From positions 5,056,001-5,120,000 of the forward strand of contig OY762209.1 in the NCBI GenBank assembly GCA_963665295.1: a stretch of DNA of 64,000 nucleotides. The letters are read 5' to 3'. The notes under the pieces are model-generated. The model saw nothing but the letters and a program-made list of their open reading frames with translations. It did not search any database and was not told the origin of the DNA. The position numbers were made by a program, and so were the translations under genes. This stretch comes from Syntrophorhabdaceae bacterium. GTDB taxonomy: Bacteria > Desulfobacterota > Syntrophorhabdia > Syntrophorhabdales > Syntrophorhabdaceae. Each line of letters starts with the position of its first letter. Positions within the stretch are counted from its first letter, which is position 1. This document shows, in pieces, positions 19,736 to 31,019 of the stretch.

Positions 19736-22540
19736 GTGAACAGGATTTTCGTCAAGGGCGCACGACAGCACAACCTCAAAAACATCGACGTTGAGCTTCC
19801 CAGGAATAAGATGGTGGTGATCACCGGACCGAGCGGTTCCGGCAAGTCCACTCTCGCCTTCGATACGATCTACGCGGAGGGACAGCGCCGTTACGTGGAA
19901 TCCCTCTCTTCCTATGCGAGGCAGTTCCTCGAACTTATGGACAAGCCCGATATGGATTATATCGAGGGTCTTTCCCCTGCCATCGCCATCGAACAGAAGA
20001 CGATCAGCAAGAACCCCCGGAGCACGGTAGGAACGGTAACCGAGATCTATGATTATCTGAGGCTCCTCTTTGCGAGGATCGGCCATGTCTTCTGCTACGG
20101 GTGCGGCAAGGAGATAAAGAGCCAGCATGCCCCCCAGATCGTGGACCGCATATCAGCCCTCCCCCAGGGGACCATGCTCACGATCCTCGCGCCCATCGTG
20201 CGGGGAAGAAAGGGCGAATACCGGAAGGAGATAGACGATCTAAGAAAACACGGCTTTTCCCGGATAAAGGTGGATGGGTCGGTCGCCGATCTTTCGGAAG
20301 AGATTGTTCTCGATAAGAACAAGAAACACGAGATCGATGTGATCGTAGACAGGGTGACCCTGAGGGAAGGGGTCGACAGACGGCTTTTCGAAGCAGTTGA
20401 GCTTGCCTTGCACAGGGCGGACGGCATCGTCAAGATCGAAACCCCGGAAGAGACCCTTGTGTTCAGCGAGAAGTTCGCCTGCCCCGATTGCTCCATCAGC
20501 TACCCGGAGATCGCCCCCCGTATCTTCTCCTTCAACAACCCTTACGGCGCGTGCCCCACCTGTCTCGGCCTCGGGGTAAAGGAATATTTCGATCCCGCCC
20601 TTATTGTCCCCAACCAGGACCTCTCCCTGAGAGAGGGAGCAGTGGTTCCATGGGGAGAAAAAAGCGCCGTCCATTTCATGCCCCTCCTGGAAGCCCTTGT
20701 GGGCAGGTACAAAATTGACATCAGACAACCTTTCAAGGACCTCCCCCAGGAAGTGCGGGACGTGATCCTTTACGGTTCCACGGAAGAACTCGAATTCTTC
20801 GCGGACAAGGGAGGAAGGAGACAGTTCGTCAAGAAAACCTTCGAAGGGGTAATAAAGGAGCTTCAAAAGGATTGGGAACGGGCCGACTTTTTCGAAAAGG
20901 CGAGGCTCGAACGGTTCATAAACCTTATCCCCTGCCCTTCCTGCAACGGCGCAAGACTGAAGAAGGAGATACTCTGGGTAAAGGTCAACGACCTCAACAT
21001 TGACGAAATATCGCGCATGACCATAGCGCGCTGCCTCGATTTCTTCACCGCCCTTCCCCTCACGGAAAAGGAGAGGGAAATCGCAAAGGCGATCCTCAAA
21101 GAGATTGTCTCCCGCCTCAAATTCCTCATGGACGTGGGACTGGACTACATTTCCCTGGGTCGGAACTCAGCCACCCTCTCTTCAGGGGAATCTCAGCGGA
21201 TACGTCTCGCCACGCAGATCGGCTCGGGCCTGACCGGAGTCCTCTACGTCCTCGACGAACCGAGCATAGGGCTTCACCAGAGGGACAACGAGAGGCTCCT
21301 CGGCACCCTATTCAAGTTGCGGGACCTGGATAACACGGTCATTGTGGTGGAGCACGACCACGACGCCATCGTCTCCTCCGACTACGTCATCGACCTGGGA
21401 CCGGGGGCCGGGGAAAACGGAGGCTACCTCGTGTTCCAGGGCACCCCTGAGGACCTTGCCCGCCATGAGACCTCCATCACGGGGATGTATATCTCCAGGA
21501 GACGAGAAATCAAGGTGCCTGACACCCGGAGGACGCCGACAGGATGCATCAGCATAAAGGGGGCGCGGTCCCACAACCTGAAGAATATCGATGTGGATAT
21601 CCCCCTCGGGGTTTTCACCTGCATTACAGGCGTTTCCGGTTCGGGGAAGAGCACCCTTGTGGTGGATACCCTTTTTCCCCTTCTTAAACAGAAACTTTAC
21701 AAGTCGAAGGAAAGGGCCGGGGACACAGACGGGATCGAAGGTTACCAGTGCATCGACCGCGTGATCGATATAGACCAGTCACCCATAGGCAGGACCCCCC
21801 GCTCCAACCCTGCTACCTATACGGGCATCTTCACCCCCATAAGGGAACTCTTCACGAGGCTCCCGGAGTCCCGTATGAGGGGATATAAGGAAGGGAGGTT
21901 CTCTTTCAACGTCAAGGGGGGGCGATGCGAGACGTGCGCCGGGGAAGGGTTCGTAAAGATAGAGATGCAGTTCCTCCCTGACGTTTACATCGTGTGCGAC
22001 GCCTGCAAGGGGAAGAGGTACAACAGGGATACCCTGGAGGTCACGTTCAAGGGAAAGAGCATTGCCGATGTGCTGGAGATGACCGTGACCCAGGCCATGG
22101 ACTTCTTCGACCCCATACCCGCGGTAAAAACGAAACTCCGGGTCCTGAATGAAGTGGGACTGGGTTACATCAAACTCGGTCAGGCGGCGACCACCCTTTC
22201 CGGCGGCGAAGCCCAGAGAATAAAACTCTCGAGGGAGCTTTCCAAAAAGGATACGGGTTCCACCCTCTATATACTCGATGAGCCCACCACGGGCCTCCAC
22301 TTCGCTGACATAGAGAAACTCCTCCATGTGCTCATGGAGCTCACGGACAGGGGGAATACGGTGGTGGTAATAGAACACAACCTCGATGTGATAAAATGTG
22401 CCGACCACCTCATTGATCTCGGCCCTGAAGGGGGAGACAAGGGTGGGACCGTACTCGTGACGGGGACACCGGAAACCGTCATGGCCATGGCAGAAAGTTA
22501 TACGGGTCTATTCCTGAAACGATATATAGGAGGCGCATGA
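19736..22540 (+). CDS. uvrA: Excinuclease ABC subunit A
   Basis: GARQHNLKNI, two Walker A motifs (GPSGSGKS, GVSGSGKS), zinc fingers, LSGGEAQR; start placed at GTG 19736 by homology. Confidence 0.98.
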   Translation: MNRIFVKGARQHNLKNIDVELPRNKMVVITGPSGSGKSTLAFDTIYAEGQRRYVESLSSYARQFLELMDKPDMDYIEGLSPAIAIEQKTISKNPRSTVGTVTEIYDYLRLLFARIGHVFCYGCGKEIKSQHAPQIVDRISALPQGTMLTILAPIVRGRKGEYRKEIDDLRKHGFSRIKVDGSVADLSEEIVLDKNKKHEIDVIVDRVTLREGVDRRLFEAVELALHRADGIVKIETPEETLVFSEKFACPDCSISYPEIAPRIFSFNNPYGACPTCLGLGVKEYFDPALIVPNQDLSLREGAVVPWGEKSAVHFMPLLEALVGRYKIDIRQPFKDLPQEVRDVILYGSTEELEFFADKGGRRQFVKKTFEGVIKELQKDWERADFFEKARLERFINLIPCPSCNGARLKKEILWVKVNDLNIDEISRMTIARCLDFFTALPLTEKEREIAKAILKEIVSRLKFLMDVGLDYISLGRNSATLSSGESQRIRLATQIGSGLTGVLYVLDEPSIGLHQRDNERLLGTLFKLRDLDNTVIVVEHDHDAIVSSDYVIDLGPGAGENGGYLVFQGTPEDLARHETSITGMYISRRREIKVPDTRRTPTGCISIKGARSHNLKNIDVDIPLGVFTCITGVSGSGKSTLVVDTLFPLLKQKLYKSKERAGDTDGIEGYQCIDRVIDIDQSPIGRTPRSNPATYTGIFTPIRELFTRLPESRMRGYKEGRFSFNVKGGRCETCAGEGFVKIEMQFLPDVYIVCDACKGKRYNRDTLEVTFKGKSIADVLEMTVTQAMDFFDPIPAVKTKLRVLNEVGLGYIKLGQAATTLSGGEAQRIKLSRELSKKDTGSTLYILDEPTTGLHFADIEKLLHVLMELTDRGNTVVVIEHNLDVIKCADHLIDLGPEGGDKGGTVLVTGTPETVMAMAESYTGLFLKRYIGGA

Positions 22541-23265
22541 AAAAACTGGTCGTGATCCCTGCCCGCTTCGGTTCGACCCGGCTCCCGGGCAAACCTTTGA
22601 GACATATCCTCGATAAACCCCTCATCCAGTGGGTATACGAGAAGGCTGTCTCGTCTTCCGCGGACAAGGTAATTATCGCCACCGACGATGCGAGAATAGA
22701 AGATACGTGCCTTTCCTTCGGCGCCACGGTGGTCATGACCAGCCCGGACCTCCGGTCCGGCACGGACCGCGTTCATGAGGCCCTCACGGGGCTGGAAGGC
22801 GATTTCATCGTCAACCTCCAGGGGGACGAACCCTTCATCGAACCCCCCATGATCGACGCCCTTTTTACGCTTCTCGAAAAAGAGCGCCTCGACATGGCGA
22901 CCTTGTGCACACCCATATCCACGGACGAGTACGAGAACCCCAATATGGTAAAGGTGGTCCTCGACAAGGCCGGGTTCGCCCTTTATTTTTCCCGTTCACC
23001 CATACCCTTTCTCCGGGGGAAAAAGGTCCCCCTCTACGGTCACATAGGGATATACGGGTTTTCGAGGTCTTTCCTCGCCCGGTTTGTCGCCATGGGAAAG
23101 GGGGTCCTCGAAGAGGCGGAATCCCTGGAGCAGCTCCGTGTCCTCGAACACGGTCACAGGATCAGGGTGATCCCCGTTGACTATCACGGATTCGGTATAG
23201 ATACTGAAGAAGACCTCCAAAAGGCCGGGCGGGAGGTTCTGAAGATAAACGGGCCAAGCTATTGA
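22537..23265 (+). CDS. kdsB: 3-deoxy-manno-octulosonate cytidylyltransferase
   Basis: IPARFGSTRLPGKPL, SGTDR, NLQGDEP, ALYFSRSPIP, ESLEQLRVLE. Confidence 0.97.
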   Translation: MKKLVVIPARFGSTRLPGKPLRHILDKPLIQWVYEKAVSSSADKVIIATDDARIEDTCLSFGATVVMTSPDLRSGTDRVHEALTGLEGDFIVNLQGDEPFIEPPMIDALFTLLEKERLDMATLCTPISTDEYENPNMVKVVLDKAGFALYFSRSPIPFLRGKKVPLYGHIGIYGFSRSFLARFVAMGKGVLEEAESLEQLRVLEHGHRIRVIPVDYHGFGIDTEEDLQKAGREVLKINGPSY

Positions 23266-23329
23266 CAGGAAAGCAAAAATATAGTTTATTATTACCCTTT
23301 TGATACACACTTTAGGAGGTGATGTCGTT

Positions 23330-23614
23330 ATGATATGCGTAACATTGAAACCAGGAACCGAGTGCTTGTTTATGAAGAAGAGCGGGTGTTCCTACAGTGG
23401 CGGGAAGTGCTTCACAATCGTGGAAAGCTGCGAAGGCTGCACGAGGATAGTCGAATTCGAAACCGGAAAGTATTGCACAAGTTTTCCTTATCCGGCACAG
23501 AAATGGCAGAAGGGCAACTGCACCATGTCGTCTCATGTGAAGAAGACCAAAACAGTCGAAGAGCAGAAGATCAATCCGTTGAAAGCTTCGAAAAGAGCCG
23601 CCGGGAAGAAGTAG
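23330..23614 (+). CDS. PxxKW-family cysteine-rich small protein
   Basis: 94 aa, 8 Cys, PAQKW motif, C-terminal KINPLKASKR; strong SD AGGAGGT. Confidence 0.85.
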   Translation: MICVTLKPGTECLFMKKSGCSYSGGKCFTIVESCEGCTRIVEFETGKYCTSFPYPAQKWQKGNCTMSSHVKKTKTVEEQKINPLKASKRAAGKK

Positions 23615-23832
23615 TTCATCTCCTCCCCGGGAGAGTGGTTATCTCTGAAAGGGCCTATCGTTCGACAATACCGACGTATGGGATTGAACAGAATTTGGTT
23701 GCGGCATAAATAGCCGCCTCCTGTCTCTCGGTTCACGTCCTAGGCCCTTCATCTCTTTTCAACGCTATTTTATGTTTGACTTTTGGTTGGAATCAATGGT
23801 AAATAAAGGACAAATTATCTGGAGGGTTGATT

Positions 23833-24105
23833 TTGAGGAAAAATAAATCGGCAGTAAAGAGAGCACGGCAGTCCGAAGAGAGAAGACTGAGAAATTCGCA
23901 TGTGAAGTCTACCATGAAAACATACATGAAGAAGATCGCGACGGTCATGGAGAACAAGGACAAGGAACATGTGGATGAGGCTTTCAAAACAGCCGTGTCC
24001 TTTATCAACCGGGCAGCTTCCAAGGGCGTTATCCACGCAAACAACGCATCAAGGAAAGTATCAAGACTCTCGAAAAAGGTTCATGCTTTTTTGAGCAAGG
24101 CCTAG
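23833..24105 (+). CDS. rpsT: 30S ribosomal protein S20
   Basis: KSAVKRARQSEERRLRN...KGVIHANNASRKVSRL; TTG start 7 nt after GGAGG. Confidence 0.96.
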   Translation: MRKNKSAVKRARQSEERRLRNSHVKSTMKTYMKKIATVMENKDKEHVDEAFKTAVSFINRAASKGVIHANNASRKVSRLSKKVHAFLSKA

Positions 24106-24253
24106 TCGGCCCGCTTCCCAATCTTTAGACCCGGAGTTACCCTACAACAATAAAAGCATGTCTGTTTTTGCCCTCAATCCCCCACTTAAACGGGGGAATG
24201 AGACCGGCAGCGGCTTGTGCGGTCCGGACAGTGAACTACGCTGCCGGGCCTGC

Positions 24254-24772
24254 TCAGTAATCGATAAGCACGACGGCGGCAAATTTCCTCGCCATCCTCC
24301 CCGAGATGGTCTGAAAAGCAATCCTCTTGTTGTAATCTTCGGCCTGCACGTCATCGACCCTGTACGGCTCCGTATCGGTAAACATCCACCTTCTGATAAA
24401 TTCACCGTTTTTCTTGTATAGAGTGATGTCTACGTTTATGGTGGCCTGCTTTTCGATGACGACTCCCTGGGCATTCATGGACGAGGGGACAACGAGTATG
24501 CGTTGGATCGTGCCCTCAAGGTAGGCGTCAGCGCCCGGCTTGTTCAGCTGAAAAAGTCCGGTCGATATGAGTTCCTGCGAGAAGGCGTTGGTTACATAGA
24601 GAGATGCGTGGGGCTCGTAGGTGACGTTCTTGAATGCGCCGAGGGAGACGGACGAAATATCCCCGCCGAATATACCCTTCTCGGTGACCAGTTGATACCC
24701 GCAGGATGCCGTTATGGCGGCAACGACCATGGCCGCCATGAGGTGCACAATCCATCCGTTCTTTTTTGCCAT
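24254..24772 (-). CDS. lptE: LPS assembly lipoprotein LptE
   Basis: Lipobox TASCGY, FKNVTYEP; directly downstream of leuS. Confidence 0.8.
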   Translation of the reverse strand: MAKKNGWIVHLMAAMVVAAITASCGYQLVTEKGIFGGDISSVSLGAFKNVTYEPHASLYVTNAFSQELISTGLFQLNKPGADAYLEGTIQRILVVPSSMNAQGVVIEKQATINVDITLYKKNGEFIRRWMFTDTEPYRVDDVQAEDYNKRIAFQTISGRMARKFAAVVLIDY

Positions 24773-24785
24773 ATCCCGACGCTCC

Positions 24786-27272
24786 CTATCCTGAGACCAC
24801 TATGTTGACGAGCTTGTTAGGCACCACAATCGTCTTTCTTACCGTTTTGCCTTCAATGAGGCGCTTCACTTTTTCAAGACCTCCCACGATCTCCTTGAGT
24901 TGCTCCTCTCCTATGTCGCGTTCCACTTCACACCCGTCCCGGAGCTTGCCGTTGATCTGGACCACAATCATCACCTTGTCCTCTTTTATGTAACTCTCGT
25001 TATACCCGGGCCATGAGGTCCCAAGGGCGCGGTCTTTTATGCCGATCATCTCCCAGAGTTCCTCCGTGATATGGGGGACAAAAGGGAAAAGCATGACAAT
25101 GATCGTTTCAATAACACCTTTCAAGAGAGGCCTTGCCTCCTGCTGGGTCCTCTCCGCCTCCAGAAACTTGTAGGTTGCGTTGACAAGCTCCATAATGCTC
25201 GCAATTGCGGTATTGAGGTGAAACCTTTCGATATTCTCCGTCACCTTCTTGATGGTTTGATGAAGTTTGTAAGTCAACTGGGCAAAGTCGGATTCAGAGG
25301 CCGACGCCTTCGGTACATAGATCGCATCGACGGCCTTCAATTCCTCCGTCCTCTCTTCCACGAGCCGCCAGACCCTCTGAAGGAACCTGAAAGAACCTTC
25401 CACCCCTTTGTCGCTCCAGTCCAGGTCTTTCTCCGGAGGAGAGGCGAAAAGACAGAAAAGCCTCGCCGTATCGGCTCCGTATTTCTCGATGAGATAATCC
25501 GGGTCGACCACGTTGCCCTTCGATTTGCTCATCTTCGATCCATCCTTGATTACCATGCCCTGGGTAAGAAGGTTCTTGAAAGGCTCCCTCTCTCCCACCA
25601 GGTCGAGATCGTTCAGGACCCGGTTAAAAAACCTCGAATAGAGGAGGTGGAGCACCGCGTGCTCGACCCCGCCGATGTATTGGTCTACAGGCATCCAGTA
25701 ATCGACGCGCTTCCGGTCGAGGGGGCCCTTGTCGTAATCAGGGCAGGAGTACCGGTTAAAGTACCATGACGATTCGACGAAGGTGTCCATGGTGTCCGTT
25801 TCCCTACGCCCCGGTTTGCCGCACCTGGGGCAGGTGGTCTCGTAAAAAGCCGCGTATTCGGCAAGAGGAGACCTGCCGACCACCTTTACTTCCAGGTCAA
25901 GGGGCAGGACCACGGGGAGGTCCTCGTAAGGCACGGGCACTATGCCGCAGTCTTCGCAGTATATGATGGGGATAGGAGCGCCCCAGTATCTCTGCCTCGA
26001 TATACCCCAGTCTCTGAGCCGAAAGTTCACTTTCCCCCTGCCCATCCCCTTCTCTTCAAGATAGGCGATGATCCTGGGGATGGCTTCCCTGTTCTTCGTG
26101 CCGTCAAAGGGGCCCGAATTCGCGAGCACTCCTTCGTCCACGTATGCCTCGACCATATTCTTCGGATCGAGGGTCTTTCCGGGAGGCATGATGGTGGCGA
26201 TAACGGGTAGATCATACTCTCTGGCAAATTCATAATCTCTTTGGTCATGGGCGGGGACCGCCATGATGGCGCCTGTCCCGTACTCCATAAGCACGAAATT
26301 CCCTATATATATGGGGACCTTTGTCCCTGTCAGGGGATTGGTCACGTATCTTCCCGTAAAAACACCCTCTTTCTTCATCTCGGCTTCCGCCCTGAAACCT
26401 CTGTCCCGGGCCTTTGCCTTTTCCACGAAGGCACGGACCTCTTCCTCGTGGGGCGTGCCCTTCGCAAGGGCATAGGCAAGGGGGTGTTCGGGCGCAAGGA
26501 CCATGAACGTCACCCCGTAGAGCGTATCGGGTCTCGTGGTGAAGATGGTAAGGGCGCTTCCATCCTCCATGGGAAAATCGACTTCCACGCCGTAGCTCTT
26601 CCCGATCCAGTTCTTCTGCATGCTGAGGACCTTCTCGGGCCAACCCGGCATGTGGTCACAGTTCTCATAAAGCTCATCGGCGTATTTCGTGATGGCGAAG
26701 AACCACTGGGTAAGCTCCTTCTGCACAACCTCCTCACCGCACCTCCAACAGGCGCCGCTTTCCACCTGCTCGTTTGCAAGGACGGTCTGACACTTCACGC
26801 AGTAATTGACAGGTGAGCTTTTTCTGTACACAAGGCCGAGCTCGTACATCTTCAGGAATACCCATTGTTCCCACCGGTAATATTCCACATCGCACGTCGC
26901 GAACTCCCTTGTCCAGTCGTAGCTGAACCCGAGCCTCTTCAATTGCCTTCTCATGTAGTCTATATTGTCGCGGGTCCACGTTCCGGGGGCGATACCACGC
27001 TCTATGGCCGCATTCTCCGCGGGCATTCCAAAGGCATCCCATCCCATGGGGTGAAGGACGTTAAATCCCTGCATCCTCTTGTATCGGGCAATGACATCCC
27101 CTATGGAATAGTTCCTCACGTGACCCATATGTATTCTTCCCGAAGGATACGGAAACATTTCGAGGAGATAGTATTTTTCTTTTGATGTGTCCTCGGAAAC
27201 ATTGAACGACCCGTTCCGCTCCCAGGCAGATTGTCTCAGTTCCTCAATTGCATGTGGTTCATAAGGCTTCAT
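24786..27272 (-). CDS. leuS: Leucine--tRNA ligase
   Basis: [33 protein letters not shown]. Confidence 0.99.
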   Translation of the reverse strand: MKPYEPHAIEELRQSAWERNGSFNVSEDTSKEKYYLLEMFPYPSGRIHMGHVRNYSIGDVIARYKRMQGFNVLHPMGWDAFGMPAENAAIERGIAPGTWTRDNIDYMRRQLKRLGFSYDWTREFATCDVEYYRWEQWVFLKMYELGLVYRKSSPVNYCVKCQTVLANEQVESGACWRCGEEVVQKELTQWFFAITKYADELYENCDHMPGWPEKVLSMQKNWIGKSYGVEVDFPMEDGSALTIFTTRPDTLYGVTFMVLAPEHPLAYALAKGTPHEEEVRAFVEKAKARDRGFRAEAEMKKEGVFTGRYVTNPLTGTKVPIYIGNFVLMEYGTGAIMAVPAHDQRDYEFAREYDLPVIATIMPPGKTLDPKNMVEAYVDEGVLANSGPFDGTKNREAIPRIIAYLEEKGMGRGKVNFRLRDWGISRQRYWGAPIPIIYCEDCGIVPVPYEDLPVVLPLDLEVKVVGRSPLAEYAAFYETTCPRCGKPGRRETDTMDTFVESSWYFNRYSCPDYDKGPLDRKRVDYWMPVDQYIGGVEHAVLHLLYSRFFNRVLNDLDLVGEREPFKNLLTQGMVIKDGSKMSKSKGNVVDPDYLIEKYGADTARLFCLFASPPEKDLDWSDKGVEGSFRFLQRVWRLVEERTEELKAVDAIYVPKASASESDFAQLTYKLHQTIKKVTENIERFHLNTAIASIMELVNATYKFLEAERTQQEARPLLKGVIETIIVMLFPFVPHITEELWEMIGIKDRALGTSWPGYNESYIKEDKVMIVVQINGKLRDGCEVERDIGEEQLKEIVGGLEKVKRLIEGKTVRKTIVVPNKLVNIVVSG

Positions 27273-27551
27273 GGTAATTAACCCCTTTTGAAACTAGTTT
27301 AATGGCAGTCGAAGGGCAGCCTCTGAAAGGCAGTTCAAAAACAGTTCGGAAGCAGTCTGAAGGCAGATAGAATCGGCAGCCCTCATGGACAGTCGTTAGT
27401 TCAAAAACACCTGTTCGTCTGCAAAAGCATACACCGAAAGGCAGTAGCGAGTCCATAGCCTCGCCGCTGCCTTTCGCTTCCCGCTACATGTTACCTGAAG
27501 GGCTGCCCCAGCATGTCTCCAGGCTACCTTCAGGCTAGCCCTCTACCTGTC

Positions 27552-28751
27552 TTATTTGTTCACCATCGCCCGTACGCGCAGCCGGAGGGCATTCAGCTTT
27601 ATGAAGCCTCCCGCGTCTCTCTGGTCGTATACCGCGTCCTTGTCAAAGGTGGCAAAATCTTTCATATAGTACGACTTATCGGACTTTCTGCCTACTACCG
27701 TGCAGTTGCCCTTGTAAAGTTTCACCCTCACCGTGCCTGTCACGCCCTTCTGCGACTCGTTGACAAAGGCCTTGATGGCCTCCATCTCCGGGGTATACCA
27801 GAACCCATAATAGATGAGGTCCGCTATCTTCGGGATCAGGCTGTCCCTGAGATGCATTACTTCCCTGTCCATGGTGATGGTTTCCATGCCCCTGTGGGCG
27901 GCCATCAGGACCGTGCATCCCGGTGTTTCATACACGCCTCTCGATTTCATACCCACGAACCGGTTCTCCACGATATCGACCCGGCCTATGCCGTTTGCGC
28001 CGGCAAGCTTATTGAGATGGATAATGAGGTTGGCGGCGGACATCTCTTTCCCGTCCACTTTTACAGCCTCGCCGTCTACAAACTCGATTTCTATGTAGGT
28101 AGGTTTATCCGGCGCCTTTTCGGCGGAGACAGTGGTGAGGAACATGTCTTCAAGCGGCTCGTTCCACGGGTCTTCAAGCACGCCCCCCTCGTAGCTGATA
28201 TGCATGAGGTTCCTGTCCATGCTATAGGGTTTCGCCTTGCTCACGGGCACGTCGATGCCGTGTTTCTTTGCATAGTCTATGAGTTCGTCCCTCGAGGTAA
28301 AGTCCCATTCTCTCCAGGGGGCTATGATCTTTATGTTCGGCTCCATGGCGTAGAAGGTCAGCTCGAACCTTACCTGGTCGTTGCCTTTTCCCGTTGAGCC
28401 GTGGCATACGGCATCCGCCTTTTCCGCCCTCGCGATCTCTATGTGCCTTTTCGCGATAAGGGGTCTTGCAAGGGATGTGCCCATAAGATACGTACCCTCG
28501 TAGACTGCGTTTGCCTTTACGGCGAAAAAGATGAAGTCTTTTGCGAATTCTTCTTTCAGATCCTCTATATAGCACTTGGAAGCGCCCGTCTTGATGGCTT
28601 TTTCCTCAAGTCCGGTCAGTTCCTCTTCCTGGCCCACATCCGCCGCATAGGCGATAACCTCGCAATCGTACACGTCCTTCAGCCATTTGACGATTATCGA
28701 CGTATCGAGACCGCCCGAATATGCCAGCACTACCTTCTTCACTTCTCCCAT
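27552..28751 (-). CDS. argG: Argininosuccinate synthase
   Basis: [32 protein letters not shown]. Confidence 0.99.
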   Translation of the reverse strand: MGEVKKVVLAYSGGLDTSIIVKWLKDVYDCEVIAYAADVGQEEELTGLEEKAIKTGASKCYIEDLKEEFAKDFIFFAVKANAVYEGTYLMGTSLARPLIAKRHIEIARAEKADAVCHGSTGKGNDQVRFELTFYAMEPNIKIIAPWREWDFTSRDELIDYAKKHGIDVPVSKAKPYSMDRNLMHISYEGGVLEDPWNEPLEDMFLTTVSAEKAPDKPTYIEIEFVDGEAVKVDGKEMSAANLIIHLNKLAGANGIGRVDIVENRFVGMKSRGVYETPGCTVLMAAHRGMETITMDREVMHLRDSLIPKIADLIYYGFWYTPEMEAIKAFVNESQKGVTGTVRVKLYKGNCTVVGRKSDKSYYMKDFATFDKDAVYDQRDAGGFIKLNALRLRVRAMVNK

Positions 28752-28883
28752 CTTAAACCTCCATCGTTTAAATCAGTGTAAAATCAGGAATGAACACCAC
28801 ATTACCGGCGCCTTTCGCGCGCCCTTCCGCCTTTCATTCCCCGTCACTCTTCATTTTCCGTCCACGGGTCCGTGGCTCAGGGT

Positions 28884-29801
28884 TCACTGTCCCGTTATGA
28901 GCCATTCCAGGAGGGCCTTCTGTGTGTGCAGCCGGTTTTCGGCCTGGGCGAAGATCACGTCCTGATTCGTCTCGAATACCTTGTCCGAGATCTCCTTATT
29001 CCTGTGGGCCGGAAGGCAGTGCATCACCACCGCGTCTTTGCCGGCCACGTCCAGGAGCTTCTCGTCGACCTTGAAGGAGGCGAACTTCATCGTCTTCTCC
29101 GTCTGCTGGTTCTCCTGACCCATACTTACCCATACATCCGTATAAACTACATCGGCGCCCTTCACCGCCTCGAAGGGGTCGTTCGTAAACTCGAACCGGG
29201 GGTTCTCCTTTGCCCTGTCAAGCAATGTCCTTATGGGCTCATATTTCTCCGGCGTCGCCATGGAGAACTGGAGTCCGAAAAGTATCGACGCCTCCAGCAG
29301 CGAATTCGCCACATTGTTGCCGTCCCCGACATAGGCGATCTTGACGTCCTCAAAACTCCCTTTGAACTCCTCTATGGTAAAAAGATCGGCAAGTATCTGG
29401 CACGGATGGTAAAGGTCGGATAGGCCGTTAATGAGGGGCACCCTCGACCATTGGGCGAACTCATCCACCAGGGCCTGTCCGTAGGTCCTTATCATTATGG
29501 CATCCACGTAACGGCCCAGCACGCGCGCCGTATCTTTAACGGGCTCGCCCCTCCCCACCTGGGTGTCCGTGGAGCTTAAGAACATGGCGTATCCGCCCAG
29601 TTCCCACATTCCGATCTCGAAGGAAACCCTCGTTCTCGTGGACGACTTTTCGAATATCATGGCAAGGGTCTTGTCCTTGAGGGGCTTATACTCCTTCCCC
29701 TCCTTCCTCATATCTTTCAGGAACCGGGCCCTGTCCAGGAGGTACCGGCATTCCTCCTTGCTCACATCGAGGAACTTCGTAAAATCTCGTTTTGGACTCA
29801 T
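28884..29801 (-). CDS. argF: Ornithine carbamoyltransferase
   Basis: SSTRTRVSF, HPCQ, TDVWVSMG, HCLP. Confidence 0.98.
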   Translation of the reverse strand: MSPKRDFTKFLDVSKEECRYLLDRARFLKDMRKEGKEYKPLKDKTLAMIFEKSSTRTRVSFEIGMWELGGYAMFLSSTDTQVGRGEPVKDTARVLGRYVDAIMIRTYGQALVDEFAQWSRVPLINGLSDLYHPCQILADLFTIEEFKGSFEDVKIAYVGDGNNVANSLLEASILFGLQFSMATPEKYEPIRTLLDRAKENPRFEFTNDPFEAVKGADVVYTDVWVSMGQENQQTEKTMKFASFKVDEKLLDVAGKDAVVMHCLPAHRNKEISDKVFETNQDVIFAQAENRLHTQKALLEWLITGQ

Positions 29802-29810
29802 AGCTCTTCC

Positions 29811-31016
29811 TCACACCTTATTGCCCACGGGCTGTCTTGAAAAGATGCCGTCCGCTGTTTCGAGAAACAGGTCGATCTCTTCTTTTTTTACAATCAAAGG
29901 AGGCACCAACCGCAGTATTTTCCCCTTGGTGCAATTCAGGATAATACCCTCCTTCATGAACTCCCGTTGCACGGCGTCCCCGTCGATATCAAGCTCCGCT
30001 CCGAGGATAAGTCCCATGCCCCGTACATCCTTTATGAAAGAATACTTCTTCTGCAGCGACAGGAGACCTTCGTAGAGGTACTTCCCCACCACTTCACAGT
30101 TCTTTATCACCCCTTCATCGATAAGGGTGTTGATCGTGGCGATCACAGCCGCCGACGCAAGGGGGTTCCCGCCGAAGGTCGATGCGTGGGTCCCCGGCTC
30201 GAAGGCCTGCATCACCTCGTCCTTGGCCACGATGGCGCCCACGGGAAAACCGTTTCCCAGGGCCTTGGCGAGGCTCATGATATCGGGCTCGATGCCATAG
30301 TGCTCGTACCCGAAGAACGTGCCCGTCCTCCCCATGCCCGTCTGAACCTCATCGAGGATGAGGAGTATGTCCTTTTCCCTGGTAAATGTCCTCAGGGCCT
30401 GGAGGTATTCCTTCTTTGCGGGATATATGCCTCCCTCCGCCTGTATGGGTTCGAGCATTACCGCGCAGGTCTTGTCGGTTACGGCCTTCTCCACTGCCTC
30501 CATATCATTGAAGGGCACATAGGTAAACCCGGGCAGAAGGGGCGCGAACCCTTCATGAAATTTGAACTGCCCCGTGGCGGACAAGGTGCACATGGTTCTG
30601 CCGTGGAAAGAGTTTTCCATGACCACTATTTCATACCGGCCCTCTCCGTACTTCTTCCATGAATATCTCCGGGCAAGCTTTATGGCGGCCTCATTGGCTT
30701 CCGCGCCGCTGTTGCAGAAAAAGACCTTGTCTCCGAATGAATTCTCCACGAGAAGCCTCGCGGCTTTTATTTGAGGCTCCATATAAAAGAGATTCGAGGT
30801 ATGAAAAAGCTTCGCTGCCTGGGCGCTCAACCCCTCGGCCACTTCTTTCCTCGCATGACCCAGGTTACACACCGCGATGCCCGCAAGAAAGTCGAGGTAC
30901 CTCCTGCCGTCCATATCCCACAGCCAGCACCCCTCGCCTTTCGTGGCCACTATGGGATACCGGGTATAGGTGTTCGCAATATACCGGCCGGCCCTTTCCA
31001 TCAGTTCCTCATGCAT
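29811..31016 (-). CDS. argD: Acetylornithine aminotransferase
   Basis: NSGAEANEAAIK, SFHGRT, DEVQTG, AKALGNG, STFGGNP; arg operon context. Confidence 0.96.
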   Translation of the reverse strand: MHEELMERAGRYIANTYTRYPIVATKGEGCWLWDMDGRRYLDFLAGIAVCNLGHARKEVAEGLSAQAAKLFHTSNLFYMEPQIKAARLLVENSFGDKVFFCNSGAEANEAAIKLARRYSWKKYGEGRYEIVVMENSFHGRTMCTLSATGQFKFHEGFAPLLPGFTYVPFNDMEAVEKAVTDKTCAVMLEPIQAEGGIYPAKKEYLQALRTFTREKDILLILDEVQTGMGRTGTFFGYEHYGIEPDIMSLAKALGNGFPVGAIVAKDEVMQAFEPGTHASTFGGNPLASAAVIATINTLIDEGVIKNCEVVGKYLYEGLLSLQKKYSFIKDVRGMGLILGAELDIDGDAVQREFMKEGIILNCTKGKILRLVPPLIVKKEEIDLFLETADGIFSRQPVGNKV

Positions 31017-31019
31017 CTG

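Noticed and set aside
23330..23614. Cys-rich PxxKW protein as substrate of the rSAM cassette
   Set aside because: 18 kb away in housekeeping context; looks like a folded metal-binding protein with no leader-core layout.
27273..27551. T-box riboswitch upstream of leuS
   Set aside because: No GGTGGNACCGCG T-box sequence on the minus strand.
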